Source: Cycas panzhihuaensis
Lineage: Eukaryota; Plantae; Cycadophyta
DNA: 64,000 nt
Direction of reading: 5' to 3'
Assembly: GCA_023213395.1 (NCBI GenBank)
Contig: CM041465.1
Coordinates: forward strand, 88,481,741-88,545,740
Made by a program: the position numbers and the translations under genes. The notes beneath the pieces are model-generated. The model ran no database searches. It was not told where the DNA came from and saw nothing but the letters and a program-made list of their open reading frames with translations. Below are positions 13,051 through 26,631 of this stretch, in pieces. Within the stretch, counting starts at the first letter, position 1, and every line of letters begins with the position of its first letter.

Positions 13051-14350
13051 CGGTATCAGAGTTGTAGGGACCTACACAGCTAAGGACAGAGTTGGGTAAA
13101 GCGATGAGATCGTAGGTTGTCGGGTGATGCCGTCAAAACCCAAGATTTCTTGGGAACTTATCTTCTCCAATAACTTGCAGGAGTAGGCACAGTATTCAAT
13201 GGTGGTTGAAGAGGTGAAATTCACCTATCAACAAGGTTAGTGCAATGTCGGGGTCAAAAATCAGACTTGCAAGCCATTTTTATGGGTTGAGTTGGCTCGT
13301 TGTGGGGTCATCCAAAGCTGGTTAGTGAATTGCATACTACCCAAGGTCGGCAAAGCATGTTTTGGTGGAGATCTAATAGTATTAGGGGTTACTACAGATC
13401 ATACAAGTAAGTTTGCTCTATTTTTTGAAGAAGTTCAATTATATTTGGCATTAAAAATCAATATTTTACACTGAAGTAGTCAAAGTTCCTTACCTAGGGG
13501 GGGATTGTATCCCGTTGAGGAAGTTTTCTATCCATAAGAAGGTTATTAGGCAACAATAAAGGAGGTTGTTTGGACTATTATGATTGAATGATAAGTTTGG
13601 GCAACTTTATATAAGATTGAGGCCCCTGCTTTCTTCTTCTATTAAGTGTGATAATTGCATAAGACTGAACTAGGACATACTTGTGTGATTGCTAGACCAT
13701 GCTTGCCTTGTCTTATGCAGTCGAATCCTCACATGGCTATCGCAACTCCTCGCTATGCCTTTGAAGTCCAAGATGTAATATGAGCAACATTTGATAATTA
13801 TTTTGGGTGTTTAACCTTAGTTGACCTCTCAGACACGTTATTCCTTGATTTAAGGCATGTGCGATTAGTGCAAAGGCGCAGCCCTTTTGGACAAATTACC
13901 ACTTAGAATATGCCTTTGGCATATTCTATATAAAGTGACCTATATAACCTTAGAAAACCATTGAATATTATTTGGTGTATACATTAAGCATTGTGAGCAA
14001 TCTTGAGATCACTTTGGAGCATGTTTTGATTGAAATCTAACTTGGAAGACTGTACAACCACTATTGTGTTATAATCTCTTCTTTGTGAAGCATATTCTAT
14101 GGTGTTTTGAGTCGCTTTGGTTTTTTTTCTTTTTTTGGGGGGGCAGCATTTTGAGAACGATCTTGAGGCCAGTTGTTGTAGGGTTGACTATTGGCGGGCG
14201 ATTCTAGCCTCGCATAACCATTAGTTTGTGTTCCCTAATGGACATGTTTGAGAAGGTGGTGAACACAAAGAAGTGGGTGTTGTCCAAAAGACTATAGGTC
14301 TAGTATTTTGATGATATTGACTTGATTTTTTTGAAGCCCATTTCACAAGA

Positions 14351-17300
14351 ATGGACCATTTGATGCCCAAAGTTATCTTTAATGGCAACAACTTTGGCGA
14401 GTGGAAGGCTAACATGGAGTTAATATTGATGGTGAATCAACTCTAGGTAATAACTAAGGTGAAAGTGGATGCACCGCCGATCATAAGGAATGTATTCGAC
14501 TTCACGAGAAGTAGTTCATGGCAATCGAATTGTTGAAACTATCACTGGCACCAGACTAGAGGGCGTTGGTTCATAACCTTGATCAACCAAACGAAATTTG
14601 GGCAAAGTAGTGTGAAAATTTTGAGAAGAAGAAGACGAATAGATGTCTAGCTTTGATGGTGAAACTTATCAATTCTACAATGGAAGATGAGACCAACATA
14701 AGTGCTTACCGAATAAAGTCACCGACTTAAAAAACAAGCTAGAAGAGTTGAAATTAAATTCAATTGATGATGCACTATTGTTTACGATAATTATGTCAAA
14801 ACTACCAATAGCATTTGCCACTTTTCGCACCATCTATGGCAGAGATGAGGTGATGGAGGGTGAAATATTTGATGGTATAAAGAATCTTATTCTAGCTAAA
14901 GATGCCAAATTAAAACATCATGGGATGCTTGAGGTTCTAAATCAAGTCAAGCCTTAGTCATGAAGATGTAGAGGAGAGAGATTGTTCAGGAGGAAAAGTT
15001 CACACAAAGGTTAGGGGAAGAGTCTCAAGAGAAGAAGAAATTCACCGGTAAATGTAACTACTATAAGAAGGAAGGCCACAGAGAAAAGAATTGTTGGTTC
15101 AAAAGACAGGACAAACACAAATCTAACCAAGATGATAAAGGGAAGAGCGAATAAAGACACTATGTCAGAGTGTGAGCCTTGCCAGTCGAGCCAAATCAGA
15201 GAGACTACTGGATATTGGACTCTAGAGTGTACACATTTGTTTCCGTATAAAACTTTGATGCGTGGAGTGCAAATCATAGTAGTGCTAAGATTATCCTTGA
15301 GACGCCAGATATTATCGGGTTGAAGGTGTTGGCAATGCATCCTTGGTAGGTACTAAATTTAAAGGGGTCTATTATATACCCAAGATGCAAATGAATTTAC
15401 TTTCAACCTGAGAAATCTACAAACGAGGAATGAAGGTCAATGTTTGATTAAGGATCCTCAATAGAATTTCTCTATCATTGCTACTGGGAAAGTTAGAGGC
15501 AATTTTTGGGTGTCCGAAAATTTTTAATCCCAAAATAAGTCTTATGCTTTTGTTGTCAACACAGATGATGTAAGTTGTGGCATGATCGCCTGGGTCACCT
15601 TAATTACAGAAGCATTGCACTGTTGAAAAGGTTGAGACTGGTGGAAGGATTACCATTTGTTTCATGTTTAGACGATATGTGTGAAGGGTGTATGTATGGG
15701 AAGCATCATCACTATCCTTTTATTCGAGACAATGCCTAGAGAGCCAAGGAAAAGCTTGAACTCGTGCATACAGACATGATAAGGCCACTCTCAAACCCTT
15801 ATATCAGGAGCTTGATATATTTTGGTGTTTGTAGATGACTACACCTAGAAGCCCTGGGTGTTTTTCCTAAAAAGCAAGTCAAAGGTGTTTGACCGCTTAC
15901 GTAATTGGAAAGCGAGTGTTAAAAACAAATGTGATAAAAAGATTAAAATATTCAGGAGTGGTAATAGCAAGGAATACAACAATCGTGCATTTAATAAGTT
16001 ATGCTAGGATCATGGTATAAAATGAGAGTTTATGGTCCCGTATACCCCACAACAAAGTGGTGTTGCAGAGAGAAAAAACCATACCATGATGGAGATGGCA
16101 AGGTGTATGGTGCATTCGAAAAACTTGTCACCAATGTTTTGGGCAAAAGTTGTTGCGATTGTTGGTTATATTCTAGACAGGGTACCTACTCAAGCAGTTC
16201 AAAGCACGACACCCAAGGAAAAATGGACCGGTCGCAAACCAACCATTGGTCATTTTAAAACATTTGGGTGCACAGGATATGCACACATCTCGCATTTAAG
16301 GTCATAAAAAGCTGGATCGCAAGAGTTTGAAGTGCATATTTGTGGGGTATTCTGATTAGAACAAAGCTTACAGACTGTGGGATCCACAAGAGAGAAAGAT
16401 TGTGATTATTCAAGATGTTAAATTTGATGAGTCATCAACATATCATGCTAAGAAGTCATCGGAGGAGCCGTTTTACCCCCCACTACTTCCATTTCCAACT
16501 TCAACAACTGAAGAGGACAATGAGCCAGTTGCTCGAATTCAAGAGGAAGTTGGACCGAGTGGAGAGAGTAAGAGTGAGGTGTCATCATGTGAAGAAGTAC
16601 CCACAGCACCAAGTCCTTCTATACCATTATGGGCAAGGAAGACGATAGAGGATTCTAGAGTGGCGATGCAGAACCTTGTTGATGACAAAAGAACAAGAAG
16701 CCAGCATGCTAGTTGGACTCTTCTAGTAAACACCAACGACTAGTGATCCTATTTCGTATGACAAAGTGAAGGATGATCCATGATGGAGAGTTGCGATGAA
16801 GGAGGAGTATGGCTCAATTATGAAGAATGCCATATGGGATTTGGTTCCCTTACCTCCAAAGAAGAATCTAATTAGATGTAAGTGGGTCTACAAAACAAAG
16901 TTCTGCTCCGATGGAGAGGTGGACAAGTATAAGACCAAGCTTGTTGCTCAAGGGTTTAAACAAAAGGAAAAAATTGATTATGAGGAGACATTTGCACCAG
17001 TCTCAAAGATAACCCTAGTCTATTTGATCATTTCCTTAGAAGTTGCATATGGTTGGGAGTTACACCAGATGGACGTTAAGTCTGCATTTCTTAATGGAGA
17101 CCTAAAGGAGGAGATTTATATGTTGAAACCTCAGGGATTCATTAAGAAAGGCCAAGAGCATCTTGTGTGCCATTTGAAGAAATCATTCTATGGCCTGAAA
17201 CAAACACCCTGTGCTTGGTATGATAAGATTGATGCCAAATTGAAGAAAGAGGGATTTGTTGCTACAGATCTGGAGTTGAATCTATATGTGAAAAGGAGTA

Positions 17301-18209
17301 GGACTTCAATAGTAATTATTGTGTTATATGTGGATGATCTAATCATCAGAGACAACTGTAATAAGACTATTGTTCGAGTCAAGTCCAATTTGGGAGCTAC
17401 CTTTAATATGACAAACCTCGGGCCTCTACACTACTTCTTAGGCATTGAAGTCAAACATACAGAAGATCGAATCATGATGTTGCAGACTCAGTATGTGAAG
17501 AACCTATTAGAGAAGTTCAAGATGCAAGATTGCAAGCCAGTTGCAACACCATGTGTTAAAGGCATAAGGCTGCAGAAAGACATGGCCAAACCCTTTGTAG
17601 ATGGAACATTGCACTGTTAGTTGATAGGGAATCTAATCTATTTGACTCATACAAACCAAATAGTGCCTATGTTGTTGGATTGGTCTCTCGATATATGCAA
17701 AATCCGTGAACCACAATGGATTGCAACGAAGTGGATTCTGAAGTACTTGAAAGGGACACTTAATCTTTGTCTCGAATACCTTCACAGTGAAGAGATAAAG
17801 TTGTATGGCTACACTGATATTACTTGGGGAGGAGAATCTGATGATCGGTAATCCTCTGTTAGATACATCTTTGGTGCTCAGAATGGATTTGTTTCATGGC
17901 AATCGGGTTCTTAGAGTATCAAATGGCAACCCGATTATTTTTGTTGATAATTAAAGTACTATTCGCTTGTCAAAGAATCTAGAGTTTCATGCACGTACGA
18001 AACACATTGAGATAAAGCACCACTACATCCATGAACAGATGAAGTCAGGAAAGCTACAAGTCGACTATTGTCTGAGTGAATATCAACTTGCAGAAATCTT
18101 CACTAAAGTTCTTACTGAAGATCAATTCACAAAGATGTGTACCAGATTGGGACTCACAGAAGTTATCCTTGAGGGGGGATGTATCAACAAGGATAAAGAA
18201 GTAAGATAG
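14351..18209 (+). pseudogene. copia gag-pol pseudogene of element C
   Basis: Knuckle remnant CNYYKKEGHREKNC, integrase PYTPQQSGVAERKN, 274-aa RT fragment with QMDVKSAFLNG and LYVDDL, RNase H FHARTKHIE. Confidence 0.95.
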
Positions 18210-18268
18210 TCCAAGCCTTCGTGATAACTAAACTGCTATAAGTTCACCACATTCACATTAAGGGGGGA

Positions 18269-18613
18269 TGTTAGCATGGTAGTTAATTATTAAGCCACTT
18301 GTTAATGTTAATGTGGGGGTTTAATTGATGTGATTAACAAAAAAGTGCAAATTATGTGAAGAGTCACAACCTTTAATGGTTAACACCTCTTGAGGGATTA
18401 TAAATATCCAGCAGTCCCTTGTATATTCACTTCAATCAAATGGTAATCAATGTGATCGATGGATCTTTGTGGTGGGTTTTTTTCCAAAAGGGTTTTCCAT
18501 GTATATCCTATGTATTGTGCAATTGTTTTCTATGTTTATCTTGTTTGCTTGTTATGTATGGTAAAAGATCATGGGAATGTAAACATGTATGTGTTCATTC
18601 ATGTTTCTTAACA
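18269..18613 (+). repeat. 3' LTR of element C
   Basis: Follows the PPT and is followed by the TSD AAAGA. Confidence 0.95.
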
Positions 18614-19208
18614 AAAGATGTGATGAAACCGTTGACACTGACCTATCATTCTGATCCTTGACAGCTTGACAGTCCAGTGGCAAAGTTGAAACAACTCTAT
18701 TTCTCAAACAAAGCAATTTCTGTGAAGAAAACTATCGTCGTTCACGCTAATTTTTAAAATATTCCATTGAGAATATTCGTTGCAAAATTTCAGATAAAAT
18801 TTATTTAATATTTTATAAAGTTTAAGTGAAATTAAACTCATTTGGAGTCCAATGCAAAGCCCCCTACCTGCCAACCCCTGGTCACATGGTGTTTTAGGAG
18901 CCAAAGCCATTTATGGACCATCCAGAGTTAGTTTCCAAAAAGTGAATATACCACATACACTGTTTTTCAAATCTACAATCTGGCAGTAGTCATATATAGC
19001 AATTTAAAACAATTTTTTGGTGAAAAATCTTTCTTTTTATATTTTTTTGGCATATTCTGGCTACCTAAAAGTAGACCAAGGCAGCAAAATTGATCATTTC
19101 AACTACCTGCGTATAGATTGGCATCATTTACAGCTTTATTTCTTCATTTATGTGTTTATTTAGTTGTTTTTAATCATTTTTATCTTTTTTTGCTTTTTTT
19201 GCTTGAAA

Positions 19209-19933
19209 ATGGCTTCTAGAGGAAGCATAATGGGAATCACAAAAAGCTCATCGCTCTTAAAATTACACAATCTGAAAACACAAGATGCACAGTTTCTTTC
19301 ATCTAAATGATTTGCTAAAGTATGTCGACAATTTTGTAATGGGAAAGGACCCAACTAGATCATTGATTTCCAAAACAGACTAAAGACAGATGTTGACTTC
19401 AACATTGAGTATCCATTAAAGATGAGGATTACATTTGGATTTCTCAACCTATCAATCAATGGCAACATCATTTTGAACATCATGGACACTACACACCAAA
19501 GCAAATATGGGACACAACATGAACTTATTCGAGCACAATGACGATGTGAAAGCCCTCAACCTACAAAGTCAATTGTACACATTGGAGATGATAGGAACCA
19601 TAGTGGATCTCATGAGGAATGTTAGATCAATTGTTAACATTGGGGAGATCATTCTAGATTCAGAAGTTATAGCTTGTGTGTTGAGGAGTCTACCACTCCC
19701 ATACAAGAACTTCACAACCACATTGACATTATCAAACAAATTATCCACTCTAATGATTGGGTCTTTGGAATCACTGCTTATGGAACATGAGCAGAAACTG
19801 AAACACATGCACGACAAATCTTCTAAAGCACTAGCATCAAAGTTGACAATAAAAGTTGCTTATGTGAACCTTGCATTTTTAGCAAGCAGCACAGAGAACT
19901 GTTTCTGAAGAAGAAAGTGTGGAGAGCAAAGGA
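19209..19933 (+). pseudogene. Element B gag joined by a deletion to the start of integrase
   Basis: ORF 19507-19908 (VLRSLPLPYKNF) matches A gag. The sequence then jumps to CEPCIFSKQHR..WRAK. Confidence 0.85.
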
Positions 19934-20476
19934 TGATAGAAGAATTAATGTTGAATTCATTAATTCACTTGAGTCTTTTGTAAATGTATTGTACATTTGC
20001 AATATTAAAGTTAGTGATATAAGAATTAATGTTGAATTCATTAATTCGCTTGAATCTTTTGTAAATGTATTATACATTTGTAATATTAAAGTTATGTTAG
20101 TAAAGTTAGTGCATTGTAAGTATTATATTGTCATGTTAGTGGTTGGTTACAACTTGAGGTTGTGAGCCCAATGTTAGTGGGGTCATATTTGCTCACACCT
20201 CATTGTAATGCACACGTATGTTGATCATACAAGGTGCTAAATGTCACCCTACATGATCAACCTTTCACCTTCCCTCATGCCTCTCTCATAATTATTCACG
20301 CTTGCATATATGAGGCAATAACTCAATGTAATATGAACGAAGTTATGAATGAATGTTGATCTTGTTTTTAGAGAATTAATGAATTTAACCTCCTCACATT
20401 TGTTGTCTTGTTTTCATGCATACTTTGTGTGATTAGATCTCGGGTGGAAGTTGGCTCCAATCGCCACTTCCCTTCA
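19934..20476 (+). repeat. 5' LTR of element D, with a tandem 81-bp duplication of its start
   Basis: Units start at 19934 and 20015. The remainder matches 26632-27082. Confidence 0.93.
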
Positions 20477-22380
20477 CTGGGTATTAGAGTTGAACTCTTG
20501 TTCAAGAGATGATATCTCTACAAGCTTCCCAGTAGAACTTGTTTCCTACTTAGGATATATGTTTGTTGTGAGTTTTGCTCCAGAGATTAATTGCTGCTTA
20601 GGAGACAATGCCACAACTGCCAGCTTTGCAACTAATCCTGATTCCTGCTTAGAAGATGATACTAAAAGTGCCAACTTCATTCCAGGATTTGATTCCTTCT
20701 TAGGAAATGCTACTGATGCTAGCTTGTGTGATGCTGCCGCTACAAGGGTTGCACCAGAACTTTTCCTACTCAACGACACCATGGTCAAGACACACAAACT
20801 CTATGAAGCAATAGCCAAAATCATTGTTATATCTAACAACAAGGATTGACAACAGTTTGCGCTTAAATAAACATGAAACTAACTGAAAAGACAATCAGGA
20901 GAGAGTATCATAGTCCAAGCTTTAGACGAAAATATATCTGGAAAGGGCCATAATATCATATGAAGACAGAATTTCCACTCTATCGAGACGGATTACTAAA
21001 GAGGTCAAAATCTCCAACGAAAATCTATCATTGCAAGAACCTCTTACATTAAACAATGAGGAATTGTCATATTAAATTTGTTTGGCAAAGGCAACAAGGA
21101 TAATATCTATTGTTATTTTACTTCTGAAACTAAAATTTTCAAGGCATCGACCAACTGCTTGTGAAAATTCCTTACCAGATCTACAGATAAATGAATTAAG
21201 TCACGAGATGAAATTCCAACTCCAGAGGAAAAGATAGTAAATAAAATCACAAAGCATTTGTACGTATTCATTTTCCAAAGGCAGTGACCACAACTATCAC
21301 CAAACTACTTATGAAAAGTCCAGCCCATAAATGAACTCTGAAGCCATGTGTTGTAATTATAGTCTAGAGTGTGATGTAGTGAATCTTAACACTAGTAAAG
21401 GAGTTTGATTTCGAGTATTGATTGATGAATTTGAGTTGCAGGCATATGAATTCGGTGACCTTCCTCGCTTCATTTGCTTGCCATTCTCTATGCAAGCGAC
21501 GAAATCAAGTAGTGTTACCATTCATTGCAATCCTCATAGTGTCCAACCCTCAAATACAAAGGTTCAATTATGATTCCATAGCTTCGCTGAAAAGAAATCA
21601 TCCTCTATATCCTCAATTAATCCTCTATTTTTTTTTTTTAAACAAATTATTTTATATTTTTTATAGTTTTTAAACCATAGTTTATATAATTTAGAATATT
21701 CATAGAATATTTCCCTTTTAATTTTTGTCTCCATCTTAAAGTTTTATTTTTTTTATCTTTTTAATCATTTTAGCCCTTGTTTCAATCTATTTCGTGCTAT
21801 TTTTCAATTTTTGATATATTTCTACTTTAAAACACAAAAAATAATAAATTTTAATTATAAAATCTTTAAAAAAATTTTAAATATTAAAAAGAATAAATCC
21901 TAAGTGAACCACCCTCATTACCAACCTTACAAGGGGAATGGTTAGGACCTCTAAAGGTACCATTCTTTCATATACTATTATACTTTCTTAAACTCTATGA
22001 ATTATAGAGGAAGGAAATAACTATCAAGTGTATTGAGTGGCAAACCAAGGTGTATACCTGAAAACCTTGCAGTTTGGAAACTAGGCTAGACCTGGAGAGG
22101 GTGACTGCCTCGGTTGTAATTGTGCCCTTAGACAAGGATCTGTTGTTCAGGCCATAAATCTAATGCATATGGGTCAATAGTGTCAGGGAGGCAACAGAAC
22201 CTTCGGTAGCGCCCACATACCTTTAGATATATAGGGTTCCCAAGCTACCACTTGTGAGTAGGTACACCATCAAATTGAATCGTTTCAACTACCAAGGGTT
22301 GTTAGGCAAGGAAACACTGAGACTATAGCCACTAGATTAGCAAACCTTTCTAGGTAGACAGGACACATACCTGAGACAAA

Positions 22381-25300
22381 ATGACACTTCAAATGGTTGC
22401 AACAAACACAATTAAATTATCAGGTAGTGACAATTTCTTAGCTTGGAATAAACAAATCAAGAACATTCTGATAATAAACAAACTCTAGGTTTATGTACCT
22501 GGTAAAATTCCCATGCCTAAAGGCACCCAAGATCCCTATGATCTTGATGTTGTCATTCCCGCTGATCCTAATGCTTTAACCTCCTTTAAAGAATCATGAA
22601 GTTGCCTTTATTTACTACACCGCCTTGTGAAGATAATGTTGACCAAAATATTGAACTTGCCTCCACTTCTGCTGAAGCTTAGACATAATCAATGCATTGT
22701 AAAGGAAGGACAATGCAAGAGTTGTCATGCTCAAAGCTCAACTCTACTCCGTACCATTTGTAGGATCAATTACAACTCACCTGACACAAATCAAATCAAT
22801 CAAGAACCAATTGAGCGTTATGGGACAACCACCTAATAATAGTGATCTGATATCTTGTATAGTCAATGTATTGCCAACTGGATACAATTCCTTACATCCA
22901 ACCTATCTCATGTTGATTGTCTTGCCACACTAGACTTCAACACCTTTGAAGGCCTTCTACTTCAAGAGGGATGCATTCTGAACAGATTGGGAGATTCAGA
23001 TACCTCCTCCTCTACTCCAACCTTGCACATGTCATAGAGGGAGACAACAACATCCATATCTTAATCAATAGTTCGGCCCAATGAATTTGTACCAACATCC
23101 ATATCAGCAGCATCAAATATGACTTGAATATCTTACTCAAGTTGTTTGTCACTACTTTGGCAAACCTAGTCATATTGCACCTAATTATAGGAAGAAGAAA
23201 GTCGATCTACAATAGCAACAACACCAAAATTGGCCTACCACACAAGGCAATCAGAATCATGGACATGGTAATTATCAAGGACCAAGAAGACAAAATCAAA
23301 ACGACTATCAAGGACCAAGGAGATGTAACCAAAATGCCCCTTAGGACAATCAACAAAATAGAAATCTCAACCAGAGATGAAATCAGAATCAAGGTGGCCA
23401 CATGGCCGATTCACAGAACTTATTCTTTGCTGCATCAACTCCACATCATTTTGATAAATCCTAGTTGATAGATTCTTGAGCCCCTCGTCACACAACAAGT
23501 TCCAAAGACTTATTTACGTATACAAGGCCAATACAGACCAATCGGTTACATTTAATGATGATGTTTTTTAAGTTGCCAAGATCAGTAATGCTCCCATATC
23601 TCTAAAGAATTCTAATATTAGACATCATCTTAACAATGTCTTCTATGTCCCTGGCATGACATGCAATCTATTATCAGTTAGCCACATAAATAAACAAAAT
23701 TTTGATGTTTTGTTTAGTCACCTTTGGAAATGTTTGATTACAAATTTGAATGGCAATTTGATTGCCTTTGGATATAAAGACCAAGGTTCGTATAAGCTTG
23801 ATGCAATCTCAAGACCAATGTTCCTGCAAAATGATACTGGCTCTTGTAGCAACACAACTTCCACTTCAAATAACAATGAACAATCTACTTCAAAGGCACT
23901 TGTTTCTCAGAGACTTCAAAAGACCAATTGTAACATCAACGCCTTTCGCTATTTGAATATGAACAACCTTCATCTGTTTTCCAAATTGAATATGGTGCAT
24001 GGAATACCAAATATTAAGTAGACCAAATGTATTTGTAATGCTTGTGTCATGGGAAAACATCATCGAGCTCCATTCAGGTCAAATGGAAGAGCCTTGCATG
24101 CTAAAGAACCATTGGGCCTTGTTAACTCCGACATCCGTGGGACCCATGTCTCAAGCATCCTTCAATGGTTGTCAATATTTTATTACATTTATTGATGATT
24201 ATCCCCAAAAAGTTTGGGTTTATTTCTTGAAGTAGAAATCGAAAGCATTTGAAAAATCGAAATTTTAAGTATGGCATTAAGTTGGAATTTGGAAAGCTAA
24301 TCAAAATACTTCATAGAATGAAGGTGAATACGCTCTAGAGAATTCATCCAGTTTTGCAAGGATAATGGAATCAAACGACAATTCTCTGCCCCTTACACAC
24401 CTCAACAAAATGGAATTGCTGAGCATACGAATTGGACCTTGGTTAGCAAAGGTACAGCCATGCTTGTCGTGAAAATTTTGGGACTTCAATTATGGGTTGA
24501 AACCCTTAACACAGCTGCTTATCTCATAAATCGAAATCCAACCAAGGTTGTTTTGAATATTAAACTTGAGGAGGCTTAGTCAAGTCAAAACCCACGCCTC
24601 ACATTTGCGCACCTTCGGTTGTATAGCATATATACTTATACCGAAAGAACAAAGAAAGAAGTTGGATGACAAAAGCAAGAAATGTATTTTCATTGGTCAC
24701 CAGCCTAGTTGCAAAGCTTGTATCCTACTACTAAGCAAATGTATACTTCTCGAGATGTTATTTTTTTAGAAGAGAACTAGGACTTAGACATGACTCGACT
24801 TTCATTTTTTTATGAACAACTTGTAGTAACACCTGTTCCACCTCCTACACAGAATGTTCCTACAATTCAATTGTCTCCATCAATGTCATATACACTTGGT
24901 ACTTCGTCTGCACCCCTTGCCTCTATTTCAACATCCACATCAACAATTCCTTCGAAAGATGTTCAAGAAGAGGTCACTTTAAAGCAGCTCCCTAAACAGT
25001 ACTTATAGACAACTCTTCTCCTCCATCACCTCCACAACAAACTAAGAGGCAATCCAAATACAATTCATCCACAAACTTTGCCTTAATGGCGTATGTTATC
25101 ACCTAAATCTACAACTTTGAAGAAGTTGTTGTAGATCAAAAGTGGCAAGCAATGTGAATAAGAAGATGGATGCGATTTTGCAAATGACACTTGGAAGTTA
25201 GTTGAACCGCCTCGATGGAAAGAAACCAATTGATTGTCCATGGATTTGCAAAACAAAATTCAATGCGTATGGCTCCATTCAACACCACAAAGCGCCATTG

Positions 25301-26620
25301 GTTGCCAAAGGTTCCAAATAGATTGAGGGCATCGATTATGAGGACACATTTGCCCTTGCTACCAACATGACCACCGTGGAGGCTTGTCTTGGCTTTAGCG
25401 CTCAATTTAATTGGCCTATTTTCCAAATGGATGTGAAAAACGCCTTCTTAAATGGTGACTTACGAAAGAAGTGCACCTAAATCAACCTCTCGGCTATGTT
25501 GTTTGTGCAAAAGAACATCTAGTTTGCAAATTGAAGAAGACTCTTACACTTTAAGCAATCACTTCGTGCTTGGTATGCGAAGATAGATGAATACTTTCAA
25601 AAGCATGGACTTGTACACTTATCCTTGGATCCAAATTTGTACATCTGAATCCAAGATAATTTGATCACTCTAGTTGTATTTTATGTTGATGATTTGTTGA
25701 TAATAGGAAACGACACAAAGTGGATTTCATGCCTCCAAGGAGAAATGAATAGCAACTTTGAGATGATTGACCTTGAGTTACTTCATTACTTTTTTGGCAT
25801 AGAAGTTTGGCAGCAACCAGGCCACATCTTCCTTTCATAGTCTAAATATGCAAGGGAGATCCTTCAGAAGTTCAAATGGAGGAATGTAAGCCATCGCCAA
25901 CACCTATGGAGACTAGACTTAAGTTGGATATTGATGAGTGTTGTAAACCTGTTAGTCCCACTTTGTATAGGCAGCTTGTGGGAAAATTAATTTACCTCAC
26001 ACTGACCAAATATTTCATATGCTATTGGGATTTTTCTAGGTTTATGACTCACCCCAAGATTTCACACTTGAAAGAAGTTATCGACCCTGAGATATCTTCA
26101 GGGTTCAATTCAATTTGGACTTGATTACTACCAAGTGGACAATCATTAGTTGGCAGGTTACACAGATGTTAATTATGTTGGTTGCAAGGATAGTCGTGGA
26201 TCGACCTCAGGCTACTACTTTAACCTGGATGCAGCCTTTGTTGCTTGGAGTTATAAAAAGCAGACAAATGTTACTTTATCCTCCACCAAAGAAGCAGGCT
26301 AAAGTCGAAGTTAGCGCAACTACAGAGGCTATCTGGCTTAGAAGGATTCTTGAAGAGCTTAGTAATGATCAGACACAAGCTACTACTCTCTTCTATGACA
26401 ATTAGAGTGTTTTCAAATTGACCAAGAATCCTATGTTCCATGCGTAAACAAAGATATTGAGGTTCACCATCACTCATCGAAGCTGTTCGTGATGGTGAAA
26501 TTTATTTGGTTTATAAGTTGACTGACGAACAAATTGTTGATATCTTCACCAAAGCACTTTATTGTGACAAATTCGAATGGTTTCAACATTGCCTTGATAT
26601 CAGAATTAATGAACTCATCA
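22381..26620 (+). pseudogene. copia gag-pol pseudogene of element D
   Basis: MTLQMVATNTIKLSGSDNFLAW Gag start, knuckle remnant near 23150, LIDS*A protease, FITFIDDY integrase, QMDVKNAFLNG and YVDD RT, RNase H remnants. Confidence 0.92.
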
Positions 26621-26631
26621 TTAAGGGAGGG

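Larger units (their letters stand above)
12710..18613 (+). mobile_element. Full-length Ty1/copia element C nested in the B leader
   Basis: LTRs 12710-13050 and 18269-18613, TSD AAAGA on both sides, PBS cggtatcagagt (13051-13062), PPT attaagggggga (18257-18268). Confidence 0.97.

Noticed and set aside
13495-13983. PPT-like tagggggggat followed by TGTAT...ATACA in the C leader as another nested LTR
   Set aside because: No TSD (gggat vs ttaag) and no second copy.
12857-18661. Paired similar small ORFs at 12857 and 18419, also those at 39055, 43709 and 19823-20165
   Set aside because: They lie in LTR copies, and the similarity reflects the LTR repeat.
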